DNA of 64,000 nt, taken from Vicinamibacterales bacterium. GTDB taxonomy: Bacteria; Acidobacteriota; Vicinamibacteria; Vicinamibacterales; UBA8438. The stretch lies in assembly GCA_965116845.1 (NCBI GenBank), contig OZ220728.1, positions 4,333,268-4,397,267 of the forward strand, read 5' to 3'. Below are positions 54,429 to 62,942 of the stretch, one piece after another (position 1 is the stretch's first letter; every line of letters begins with the position of its first letter). The notes below the pieces were generated by a model, which made no database searches, was not told the origin of the DNA, and worked only from the letters and a program-made list of their open reading frames with translations. The translations under genes and the position numbers were made by a program.

Positions 54429-55123
54429 CAGCCCCGCTTGCGGATCTCACCGCCGCCGCCGAGCGTCGGCTGCTCGTCGAACTCGGGATCGACCTCGCGC
54501 TGGACGGGCACGTAGATGCGGATCTCCTCGAGCGCGGCGTCCTCGGGCGCCTCGCCCTCCCGGCCGTGTTGCCCCTGGTCCGCGGCAGGCAGGTCGGCCC
54601 CCGACGCGACGTCCGCCCGCAGCCGCACCAGGTACTCGTAGTTGTAGGCCGCGTCCCGCTGCCCGTCGCTCGCCTGCAGGACGCCGAGGTAGGCATCGAT
54701 CGCCCCGTCGAGCGAGCGCAGCAGCCGGTCGCGGTCCTCACCTGCCGCGAGACCTGCCCGGTAGGCGGCGTTGGCAACGATGAACTGCAGCGCCGGGCTC
54801 GCCTCTCCCCCGCCCCCGGCGACGTCGGCGTAATCGGCCAGGAGCCCTGCGTAGTCGCCCTGCCAGTACCGGACCGCGGCCTGGCGCGCGGCCACGCCGC
54901 CGTCGCCGCCACCGAAGCCCCACCGGGCGGCGGAACCGCCGAGCGAGGCGGCGATCTCGGCCAGCGCGACGGCCGACGCGTCGAGGTCGAGCGTGGCGCT
55001 CTGCTGCTGCGCGCGGGCCAGGCGGCGGTCCATCTGACTACCCGACCAGAGCAGCGCCGCCGCGGCGGCGAGCGCGACGGCGGCACCGGCCAGAATGCCG
55101 AGCGAATTCTTGCCCCTGCTCAT
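54428..55123 (-). CDS. hypothetical membrane-anchored protein in the Bat-like operon
   Basis: ATG 55123. Single N-terminal helix, helical Ala/Gly-rich body. The stop shares 1 nt with the next start. Confidence 0.55.
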   Translation of the reverse strand: MSRGKNSLGILAGAAVALAAAAALLWSGSQMDRRLARAQQQSATLDLDASAVALAEIAASLGGSAARWGFGGGDGGVAARQAAVRYWQGDYAGLLADYADVAGGGGEASPALQFIVANAAYRAGLAAGEDRDRLLRSLDGAIDAYLGVLQASDGQRDAAYNYEYLVRLRADVASGADLPAADQGQHGREGEAPEDAALEEIRIYVPVQREVDPEFDEQPTLGGGGEIRKRG

Positions 55124-55246
55124 GACGGGCGCCTGTTGCTCATGACGGATCGCCTCTCGTTCCACACCCGTCGCACGTCCGAAGGAATCGTCACCGAAGG
55201 AGTCGCCGCCATTGGAATCGTCACCACGAGAGACTCCGCATCCCGC

Positions 55247-56353
55247 TCAAGGAAAGCGTTGCATGCGGGCCACGCCGAGCGCCAGCGCCGCCGCGGCCAG
55301 CCACAGCCCGGCACCGGCGAGGGCGAGCGGAGCGAAGCGCGGCTGGTTCGTCACGTAGCGCCGGACGCGGATGCTTCCCTCGGCGACCTCGTCGATCTGG
55401 CGCACGGCCTCCAGGATGGCCGCCTCGTCCGCGGCCGGGAAGAAGCGGCCCCCGGTCTGCTCGACGGCCAGCTTCCACTGCTGGTCGGAGATCAGGTCGC
55501 CGAGCGCCCGGTCGTAGGCGGTCCGGATGAAGTAGACCGGAATCGCGTTGTCGGCCGCCTCCTGCATGATGGCGTCGAGCGTCACGTCCTCGAAGCGGGC
55601 GTGTGTGTCCTGTCCGTCGCTGAAGATCACGATCAGGTTGCCGGCCGCGCCCAGGAAGTCGAACGTGCGGAACAACTGCACGCCCCGGTTGATGGCCCGC
55701 ATGATGAGCGTGCCGTGGTCGGGGAAGCGGCGGTATTCCTCCGGCGTCCCGATGAGGCTGATGCTCAGCAGGATGTTCTCGTAGTCGTTCGTGAACGGCG
55801 TCACGATGTACGCCTCGTTCCCGAACTGCACCAGCGACACCAGGTCGTGGTACGGCCCTTCCATGCGGCGCCGGACGAAGTACTCCGCCGCCGCCACGTT
55901 GGCGAGGAAGGTGTTGCCGGCCGCGAGCTGCTCGGTGGCGAACGCGGTGTTCATGCTGAGCGAGGCGTCGATGAGGATCGTGATGCGATGCCCGGGGTAG
56001 GTGACCTCCTCGTCGACCCTCGGCGTCTGCGGATCCGCCAGCGCCACGGCGAACGGCACGACGCCGGCCAGGAAGACCGCGAACGCGAGATGCCGAACCG
56101 CCGCGGGACCCAGGCGTCGCCGGCGGAGCGCCCGCGGCAGGGCGGGCAGGACGATGGCGCCCCGGCCGGGCGAGCGCCGGCGGAGGCTCCGCACGGCGAG
56201 CGCCGCAAGCGTCGCGAGTGCCATCCCCCCGAGGACGAGGACGGCCGCCTCGCGCTCGAGAAGCGGCGCGGAATCGCCGGTCGAAGCCACGAGCTGCCGC
56301 AACTCGGCCAGCGCCGCGCCGAGGCGCGCCAGGAGGTCGCTCAGCGTCCCCAT
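55247..56353 (-). CDS. VWA domain-containing membrane protein (BatA/BatB-like)
   Basis: ATG 56353 overlaps the upstream gene by 13 nt. ITILIDASLSM (MIDAS), VIFSDGQD, and a C-terminal TM. Confidence 0.8.
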   Translation of the reverse strand: MGTLSDLLARLGAALAELRQLVASTGDSAPLLEREAAVLVLGGMALATLAALAVRSLRRRSPGRGAIVLPALPRALRRRRLGPAAVRHLAFAVFLAGVVPFAVALADPQTPRVDEEVTYPGHRITILIDASLSMNTAFATEQLAAGNTFLANVAAAEYFVRRRMEGPYHDLVSLVQFGNEAYIVTPFTNDYENILLSISLIGTPEEYRRFPDHGTLIMRAINRGVQLFRTFDFLGAAGNLIVIFSDGQDTHARFEDVTLDAIMQEAADNAIPVYFIRTAYDRALGDLISDQQWKLAVEQTGGRFFPAADEAAILEAVRQIDEVAEGSIRVRRYVTNQPRFAPLALAGAGLWLAAAALALGVARMQRFP

Positions 56354-57843
56354 GCCCGCTCCCAGGCCTCCACGACGCGACGCAGTGCGGCGATGCGCCG
56401 CACTGCGGGCGCCCCCTCCCGGGCGCGGTCGGCGAGCGCACCCGCGGCGCGGTCGAGCTGCTCGGTCAGGGGCGCGCCGGGGACGTCGGCGGGCCGCCCG
56501 TAGCGGACCGAGCCGAACAGGCGGAGGGCATCGCGGAGGGTCTCCGCGAGGTGCGCATCCCGCGGGCGCCGCGACCGGAGCTCGGGCAGGGCCCGCTCGA
56601 GCCGCTCCGGGGTCGTCGCCGACGAAATGTGAACCGCCCCGCCTGCGCGCCCACCTCCACGCCGGACCAGGAGTTGACCCACTCGGTCGACGCCCGCTCG
56701 GTCGACACCCGCTCGGTCGACACCCGCTCGGTCGACACCCGCTCGGTCGTCGCCCACTCCGACTTGGGTGCCGCCTTCCGCGGGCGACTGCGCCGGGGGC
56801 CGACCGAGCGCCACGGCACCCGCGACGCGAAAAGCGGCGACGGCGCGCCCGACCTCCGCCATGCTCCAGCCGTCCCGGCCGACCGCCTGACGCACCGCGG
56901 CCAGCTCGCCCAAGACGCCGTCCGCCACCCGCCACTCGGGGACGATGGCCGCGCCGTCCGCCGTCCCTCCGCGCGCCCGGTACAGTCCGAGCCCCGCCGC
57001 CAGCGCCGCCGCCACGGCCGCGAGGGCGAGGACTGCCGCTCCGAGCGCCGTGAGATTGGCCCGGAAGAGCCGCGCCTCCGCGTCTCCGAACGTCTCCCCC
57101 GGCAGCTCCCGGATGTCGGCCCCCTCGGCCGGAACCAGGGCCAGCACCCGCACCGGCTCCGGCGGCAGCACGTAGGTCAGCTCGCGGCCGGCGGTCGCCG
57201 CATCGCCGTCGAGCGACCGCTCGATGCGGTAGCGGACGTCGAGCGGCGGAAGCTCGACGTCCGCCCCGAAGTACTCCTCACCGATGATGCGCAGGGTGTA
57301 GCGGTACTGGAAGAAGCGCCGGGGTCCGCGGACCAGGTCGGCGTAGCTCTGCCCCTCGAGCACCTCGAACGGCGAGACGCGGAGCGACTCGGGCTCCAGC
57401 CCGGCCAGGTCCGGCACGGCTCGCGCCGCAGCGGTCTCCGCCACGCTGCAGGTGACGAGCAGGTCGAAGCGCTCGCCGACGTAGACGGCGTTCCGGCCCA
57501 CCCGGCGCCAGCAGCGAATCGCCTCGATGGATCCGCGGTCGCGGTCGCGGTCGCTGCCGCTGGCCGTGGCGGCTCCGTCACCCGCCGCGGGGGTGCGCGG
57601 GACGGCCTGTGCAGCGGTGGCAGGTGCGCCCGCGAAGGCCTGTGCCTGGGCGGCAGGTGCGCCCGCGAAGGCCTGCGCAACGGCGGCAGGTGCGCCCCGG
57701 ACGGCCTGCCCGCCGGCGAGGCCCGCCGGGCCGGCGGCACGTGCGACAGGTCCCGCGGACGCGACAGCCGCGAGCAAGCCGGCCGCGAACGCCACCGCGA
57801 GGAGCGTCCCCCGCCAGCCGCCGCACGGCGCGTCGTCGTTCAT
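56341..57843 (-). CDS. hypothetical signal-peptide/TM protein (BatD-like position) with internal tandem repeats
   Basis: 500 aa. Signal peptide, central TM LTALGAAVLALAAVAAALAAGLGLY. Repeats AQAFAGAPA, DRDRDR and (DRAGV)x4-5. Confidence 0.65.
   Translation of the reverse strand: MNDDAPCGGWRGTLLAVAFAAGLLAAVASAGPVARAAGPAGLAGGQAVRGAPAAVAQAFAGAPAAQAQAFAGAPATAAQAVPRTPAAGDGAATASGSDRDRDRGSIEAIRCWRRVGRNAVYVGERFDLLVTCSVAETAAARAVPDLAGLEPESLRVSPFEVLEGQSYADLVRGPRRFFQYRYTLRIIGEEYFGADVELPPLDVRYRIERSLDGDAATAGRELTYVLPPEPVRVLALVPAEGADIRELPGETFGDAEARLFRANLTALGAAVLALAAVAAALAAGLGLYRARGGTADGAAIVPEWRVADGVLGELAAVRQAVGRDGWSMAEVGRAVAAFRVAGAVALGRPPAQSPAEGGTQVGVGDDRAGVDRAGVDRAGVDRAGVDRVGQLLVRRGGGRAGGAVHISSATTPERLERALPELRSRRPRDAHLAETLRDALRLFGSVRYGRPADVPGAPLTEQLDRAAGALADRAREGAPAVRRIAALRRVVEAWERAWGR
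56681..56755. repeat. 15-bp in-frame tandem repeat x5
   Basis: (a/g)ctcggtcg(a/t)c(g/a)ccc units, encoding GVDRA repeats on the minus strand. Confidence 0.9.
57619..57717. repeat. 33-bp in-frame tandem repeat x3 (a partial 4th copy upstream)
   Basis: ggcaggtgcgcccgcgaaggcctg(t/c)gc.... units encode the AQAFAGAPA repeats. An adjacent (gcggtc)x3 lies at 57535-57552. Confidence 0.9.
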
Positions 57844-57881
57844 CGCCGCTGCCTCATCGCCGCTGCCTCATCGCTGCCGCC

Positions 57882-58973
57882 TCATCGCCGCCGCATCCGC
57901 CGGTCGGCCAGGAAGTCGACCACCGTCTCGTGGAACCGGCCCGCGTCCGCGCCGAGCCGGAGCACCTCCAGCCCGAGCTCCTCCGCGCGGTCGGCGACGG
58001 TGTCCTGCCACACCCGCACCTCCGCGGCGAGGGACCGCAGCTCGCCCGCCGAGAGCAACGCCGCCTGACCGGTCTCGACGTCGCACACCTCGGTCCATCC
58101 CGCCGGCGCCACCGCCAGCTCGAAGGCGTAGGCGGCGTCGATGAGGACCGCGAAGACGTCGTGCCGGGCGTTCAGGTTGGCAAGCTCCCCCAGCAGCACC
58201 TCGGCCCCGTCGAAGAGAAAGTCGGACACTACCGGAACGAGCGACGTCCGGCGCAGCAGGGCGGACAGGTCCGCGTCCGTCCGCACGCCGGAGTCCGTCC
58301 CGCCGGCGGCAGCCCCGGTCGCGAACCCGGCGGTCGCGCTCCCGCTCCCCGCGGTCCAGCTCGCGCCCCCGGCAGCCTCGCTCCCCAACCCTGGAGTCTC
58401 GCTCCCGCCCCCTGCGGCCCCGCTCCCGAACCCTGCAGTCTCGCTCCCGCGCCAGGCGGTCTCGCTCCCGGACCAGGGTCCGCCCGTCGCCACCGTCGAC
58501 TGGTAGGTTTCGAGGCAGTGCACGGCGTGGCTCTTCCCCACCCGCGGGCGCACCGCGAGGCGGCGGCGGGGCCCGTCGAGGGTGACCAGGCCCACCTGGT
58601 CCTGGAAGAGCGCGCCGGCGAGGGCGAGGGTTCCCACCGTGCGCGCGACGATCGTCGCCACCGGTACCCCGCCGGCGCCGCACCGGGTGGAGAGCGACGT
58701 GTCGGCCACGATCACGAGCCGGGCCGTGCTCTCGTGCTCCTGTTCGCGGGTGACCAGCGGCGCGAAGTTCGTCAGCGTCGACTGCGCCCAGTCGATGGCC
58801 GACGGACGGTCGCCCGGCTGCCAGTCGCGGAGGCCGGCCGGCTCGTGGCCCGCGCCCCGGAACGCGCTCGGATGGGCGCCGGCGGCGTGCTCGCGCATGC
58901 GGCGCACGATCACCAGCTCGATGTCCTGGATCTCGTCCCAGCCGACGAGGGCGTCGCTCGGGGGTGCGCTCAC
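57882..58973 (-). CDS. DUF58 domain-containing protein with a Gly/Ser/Thr-rich repeat insertion
   Basis: GTG 58973 overlaps the MoxR stop (GTGA). GLRDWQPGDRPSAIDW and LVIVADTS motifs. About 60-aa GSETA-type insertion. Confidence 0.8.
   Translation of the reverse strand: MSAPPSDALVGWDEIQDIELVIVRRMREHAAGAHPSAFRGAGHEPAGLRDWQPGDRPSAIDWAQSTLTNFAPLVTREQEHESTARLVIVADTSLSTRCGAGGVPVATIVARTVGTLALAGALFQDQVGLVTLDGPRRRLAVRPRVGKSHAVHCLETYQSTVATGGPWSGSETAWRGSETAGFGSGAAGGGSETPGLGSEAAGGASWTAGSGSATAGFATGAAAGGTDSGVRTDADLSALLRRTSLVPVVSDFLFDGAEVLLGELANLNARHDVFAVLIDAAYAFELAVAPAGWTEVCDVETGQAALLSAGELRSLAAEVRVWQDTVADRAEELGLEVLRLGADAGRFHETVVDFLADRRMRRR
58318..58478. repeat. degenerate 21-24-bp in-frame repeats (tctcgctcccg core)
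   Basis: The core gtctcgctcccg recurs at about 58396, 58438 and 58459, with variants upstream. It encodes GSETAxxGS repeats. Confidence 0.75.
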
Positions 58974-60010
58974 GGGATGGGCACCTGCTCGATGATGTCG
59001 TCGATCACGGCCTCCACGGTGACGCCCTGGCCCGCGGCGTGCGGAGCAAGCCAGATGCGGTGCCCGAGGATGTAGCGCGCCAGGTCCTGCACATCCTCCG
59101 GGTAGACCTCGGCCCGCCCGCGGTCGATGAGCGCCCACACCTTCACGAGGCGGCCCCAGCAGATCGTCGCCCGCGGGGACGCGCCAAGGTCGACGAAGCG
59201 CTCGACCAGCTCCGACGGCGACTGGTGGTGCCAACTGGTCTCGGCGTCGTAGGGGCGCGACGCGGTCACCAGCCGCCGGATGTAGCGGGCCAACGCGTCG
59301 TGCAGGAACACCTCTTCGCCCACCGCCGAGCGCAGCTCGACCACCCGCTCCTTCGACATCAGTCCCTCGATGGACACCCGCTTGAAATCGAAGTGGATCA
59401 GCTTCTCCTCCTCCTCCGGCGGGAGGTAGCCGATCGTGATCATGATCGCGAAGCGGTCCGTCGCCGCCTCCGACAGCGGAAAGGTCCCCTGCCCGAGCTC
59501 GATGGGGTTCATCGTGGCGATGGCGAAGCTGAACGACGGCAGTCGGTAGCTGGTCCGGCCGACCGTAACCGACCGGTCCTGCAACCCTTCGAGGAAGGCG
59601 CTCTGCGACTTGAGCGGGATGCGGTTGATCTCGTCGAGGAGCACGACCTCGGCCGAGGCCAGGGGACCGAACTCGGTCAGGAACTCTCCCGTGGCCGGGT
59701 TGATCATCTGGAAGCCGACCACCTCGGTCGGCTGCAGGTCGGCCCGTCCCTGGAGCCGGGCGAACTTCGCCCCGCTGATGGCGGCCAGAATGACCCCGAA
59801 GAACGTCTTCCCGACCCCCGGCACCCCGCGCAGCAGCAGGTTCCCCGCGTTGACCTGCCGCTCCTCCTCCCGGTCGTAGGTGGTCGGGATCTCGGCCAGC
59901 AGCACCATGTTGGCCAGCGCCTTCTCCCGCTCGTACCCGACCAGCGCCTTGGCGCCCTCGGCGACGATCGCCCGGTGAAAGTCGATCGTCTCCTGCAGAT
60001 CCGCGTGCAC
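58970..60010 (-). CDS. moxR: MoxR-family AAA+ ATPase
   Basis: Walker A LLRGVPGVGKT, Walker B VVLLDEINR, and TMNPIE. 346 aa, GTG start. Confidence 0.9.
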   Translation of the reverse strand: MHADLQETIDFHRAIVAEGAKALVGYEREKALANMVLLAEIPTTYDREEERQVNAGNLLLRGVPGVGKTFFGVILAAISGAKFARLQGRADLQPTEVVGFQMINPATGEFLTEFGPLASAEVVLLDEINRIPLKSQSAFLEGLQDRSVTVGRTSYRLPSFSFAIATMNPIELGQGTFPLSEAATDRFAIMITIGYLPPEEEEKLIHFDFKRVSIEGLMSKERVVELRSAVGEEVFLHDALARYIRRLVTASRPYDAETSWHHQSPSELVERFVDLGASPRATICWGRLVKVWALIDRGRAEVYPEDVQDLARYILGHRIWLAPHAAGQGVTVEAVIDDIIEQVPIP

Positions 60011-60145
60011 GGAGCCCCACCGTCGGCCCCGGGGTGTCGGTCGCGTCCCGGTGGGTGCGCGTGCCTGCCGCCGGGCCGAGCGCGGGCAGGCGCTCAGATC
60101 CTACAACGGCCCCGATGTATACTGTTCAGTCGCGCCGGCTGCATG

Positions 60146-60221
60146 GTCCCCATCGTCCAGAGGCCTAGGATCTAGCCCTTTCAAGGCTAAGACACGGGTT
60201 CGAATCCCGTTGGGGACGCCA
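60146..60221 (+). tRNA. tRNA-Glu: tRNA-Glu (anticodon UUC)
   Basis: GTCCCCA acceptor pairs with TGGGGAC. Anticodon loop is CTTTCAA, T-arm is GGGTTCGAATCCC, and CCA is encoded. Closely parallels the canonical bacterial tRNA-Glu sequence. Confidence 0.9.
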
Positions 60222-60416
60222 CCCCCCGATTCCGCCGGCGCCCAGTCGCTCCCAAGACATCCCATGGTTATTGGCTAGACTGGCCTCCCGGCGTTTCACG
60301 ACCCCCCACGGCGTTTCCTCGATTCCCACGTTTCCCGTGGTATTGCTGGTGGGATCGCGATGTGGGAAACAGAACCGGCATGGGGAAGCTGACACACGGG
60401 AAGGTCCGCGCCCTAA

Positions 60417-61787
60417 CCCGGACTATTCCTGACGACCTCGATTCGACCACAAATCGAAGTTCGAGAGGCGGCGAGCAGGAGGTTGCGATGGAACGAGTGA
60501 GCTCACGTCGAACGTTGTCGGCTCGCTGAGGACGCGGAACTGGTTCGCTGCGAACCGGCAGCAGCTGGTGCGGTCGATCTGCAGCCCGTCGAGCAGCTCC
60601 TTGATCCGGTTCTCGATGTCCCCGCGCGCGCAATAGACCTTCTCGTAGACGGACCGCGGCGGTCGGTCCAGGTTGGTCACAACGAAGCGGGGATTGTCGC
60701 GCGGCTCGCGCCCCGCGAGTCGGACGACTTCGGCCTTGATCACGACACGCCGTTGCCGCTTCCACGAGCCGGCCGCGTAGCGGGTCTCGCCGTAGACGTG
60801 CTCGCTTTGACCGCTACGCGCGCTGCGTGCCCGCGCACGCGTCATGGCGGATTCGGCGTGCCGCACCAGCACGGCGTTCTTCGGCATCGAGACGACGTAG
60901 TCGAGCCGCGGGCAGGCATCGAGGAAATCGAAGACCTCCGGGGTCGCAAAACCCGAGTCGAGCCGGACCAGGAACCGCGCCCGTGGAACGCGCAGCGCAG
61001 CAGCGGCAGCAGGCGCGACAACAGGGCCACCGTTCCGTCGGAGGCCACCGCGTTGCCGGGCCGCAGCACCGCCGCACAGAGGTACTGCTCCGCTTCGCGG
61101 CCGAACGTCACGAACGCCAGCAGCGGCAGATAGCACCACGTGTCGTAGTACCCGTTGAAGAAGGTGAGCTGTTGCGCCCCGTGCGTCGGGTCGTCCGTCG
61201 GGTCCAGATCGATCGTGATCCGCCGTGCCCGCCCCCGTCGGCGTTGCCGGTGCCCTTCGATGACGCTCTCGGCCAACACCCGGGCCATCTCGTACAAGGC
61301 GCCCCGGCCCACGCCGTTCTCGAATCGCGACAGCGTCGGTTGCGACGCCAGGCGCTCGCCGGTGACCGGGTCCCGGCCCAACAGCAGTTTGTGGATGGGA
61401 TCCTCGGCGAGGTGGTCGGCATCGTTCCCGTCCGGATGACCGCACGCGATGCCGAAGACCCGCTGGCCGACCAGGTCCGCCAGCGTGTGCCGAATCTTCT
61501 CCGGCGCGCGCTTGTCCACCAGACACCGGGCGAATCTCTGGACGAGGTCGTACACCCGCTCGGCTGCCTTGAGCAGCACGGCGCCGCCGTCGGAGCTCGC
61601 CTGCTCCCGGTCGAAGGTGGCCACGACCGGCTTGCCGCCGAGCTCCGGGAACAGAACACGCTGTGGCATCGTGGGGTCCGTCATGCAAGGGCCTCCATGG
61701 TGCCGAAAACGCCTGTTGCCAGCAGTGTTTAGCACACGGAGGCTCTTGCTTCCCTACCGAAACCCCAACCTTCCTGAATAGTCCAGG
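60417..61787 (-). mobile_element. IS1380-family element copy 1 (about 1.37 kb) with candidate terminal inverted repeats
   Basis: CCCGGACTATTC at 60417-60428 matches the reverse complement of 61776-61787 (CCTGGACTATTC), 11 of 12. The transposase stop TAG lies inside the right IR. Flanks CTAA / CTAC could be a degraded 4-bp duplication. Confidence 0.7.
60423..61684 (-). pseudogene. IS1380-family DDE transposase with one frameshift
   Basis: The N-terminal 230 aa (frame of ORF 60842..61735) read ATFDREQASSDGGAVLL...QRVFGIACGHPDGND...ASQPTLSRFEN...DLDPTDDPTHGAQQLTFFNGYYDTWCYLPLL. The continuation ARFLVRLDSGFATPEVFDFLD...RGDIENRIKEL is in the frame of ORF 60423..61688. The shift lies near 60981-60989 and looks like a 1-nt loss in TTCCCACGG. 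Confidence 0.8.
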
Positions 61788-61906
61788 CTACTAATTCTTC
61801 ACAGTCCAAGTACTTGGCGGGCCCTCGGAGAGCACGAGGAGTGCGTACAAATACGAGGAGTGTAGTCCTGATGGGGACAGTTTGGGGACAGCGATAGCTA
61901 ACAACC

Positions 61907-62929
61907 TCATGCCGCAGAGAATCGAGACGGCCGGCGAGGCGAGCTGAGTCCGCGCACGGCTTCCGGCGTTTGACCCGTCCAGCGACTGAACGCCCGATAG
62001 AACGAGGTCGTTTCCCGAAAACCCAGAAGGAAGGAAATCTCTGGCGACGCCAAGCTCGTACGACGCAGGTAGTGATCCGCAAGCTCCTGTCTAACAGAAT
62101 CGAGGACGAGCTGGAACGTACAGTACTCCGCGCCCAATCTTCGCTGGAGCGTACGTTTGCTCATAGCGAGTTTTCGAGCGACCGCTTCCATCCCGACGAC
62201 GCCGCCTGGCAGTGCCTCGAGCAGAGCGGCCTTGGTGCGCTCTCGTGTCGATGCGACCTCTTCGAGCTGCGCCAAACGGCGACGAAGCTCGGGTTCGAAC
62301 GTGTGCCAGAGCGCCTCGTCCGCTGTGAGAAACGGGCGTAGAGCGTCCTCCCTCGTGAAGATCACATGGTTCCCAGTGCCCTCTTCCAGATGAACGCCGA
62401 ACCTCTTGGTGTAGGCATCCACGGACGCGGGTAGCTCCTCTGCCAGAACTCGAACAGGAGTGATCGTTTCGCGGGTACCGACTCGCGCGAGGCGCACCAC
62501 GAACAGGAGATCGGCGAGGACCAGAGAGATCGGCGGCTGTCGGGTCGTTCTCAACCAGACCGGTGTCACGACGACGGTCTCACCTTCCTCATGTACCTCT
62601 ACCTTCATCGGAGCAACGAGCGCCTTGTACTGCCCAATCCGTTGAGCAGCGACGAGGAGATTGGGGCTACATAGGGCCGCGAAGATCGGTGGAGAAAACG
62701 ACTCCGTTCTGAGCGTCTCGTGAAACCGAATCGCGAAATGGGGGTCACCGTGCTCCGACTCGACGCTCTCCCAGAATCGGTAGAACTCCTCTGGCTGGAG
62801 GTGGGCCATCGGCCGCGACAACAAGTCGTCTGAAAGACTCGCCCGCCTCAAGACGTCAGCAGGTTGCAGCCCCAGATCCTTGATGAGGACTCGCCATTCC
62901 TTATCGATCGGGTAGCGACGAGCGGTCAT
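61907..62929 (-). CDS. AraC-family transcriptional regulator (N-terminal AraC-type ligand-binding-like domain)
   Basis: 340 aa. C-terminal double HTH: VARKLAMSKRTLQRRL ... EISFLLGFRETTSFYRAFSRWTGQTP. Visibly lower GC and more A/T-ending codons than its neighbours. Confidence 0.85.
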   Translation of the reverse strand: MTARRYPIDKEWRVLIKDLGLQPADVLRRASLSDDLLSRPMAHLQPEEFYRFWESVESEHGDPHFAIRFHETLRTESFSPPIFAALCSPNLLVAAQRIGQYKALVAPMKVEVHEEGETVVVTPVWLRTTRQPPISLVLADLLFVVRLARVGTRETITPVRVLAEELPASVDAYTKRFGVHLEEGTGNHVIFTREDALRPFLTADEALWHTFEPELRRRLAQLEEVASTRERTKAALLEALPGGVVGMEAVARKLAMSKRTLQRRLGAEYCTFQLVLDSVRQELADHYLRRTSLASPEISFLLGFRETTSFYRAFSRWTGQTPEAVRGLSSPRRPSRFSAA

Positions 62930-62942
62930 GTTGCCATCCTAG

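Noticed and set aside
60222-60416. Looked for an integrase gene or genomic-island boundary immediately 3-prime of tRNA-Glu.
   Set aside because: No ORF with integrase motifs exists between the tRNA and the IS1380 end. Only short repeats are present (reported separately).
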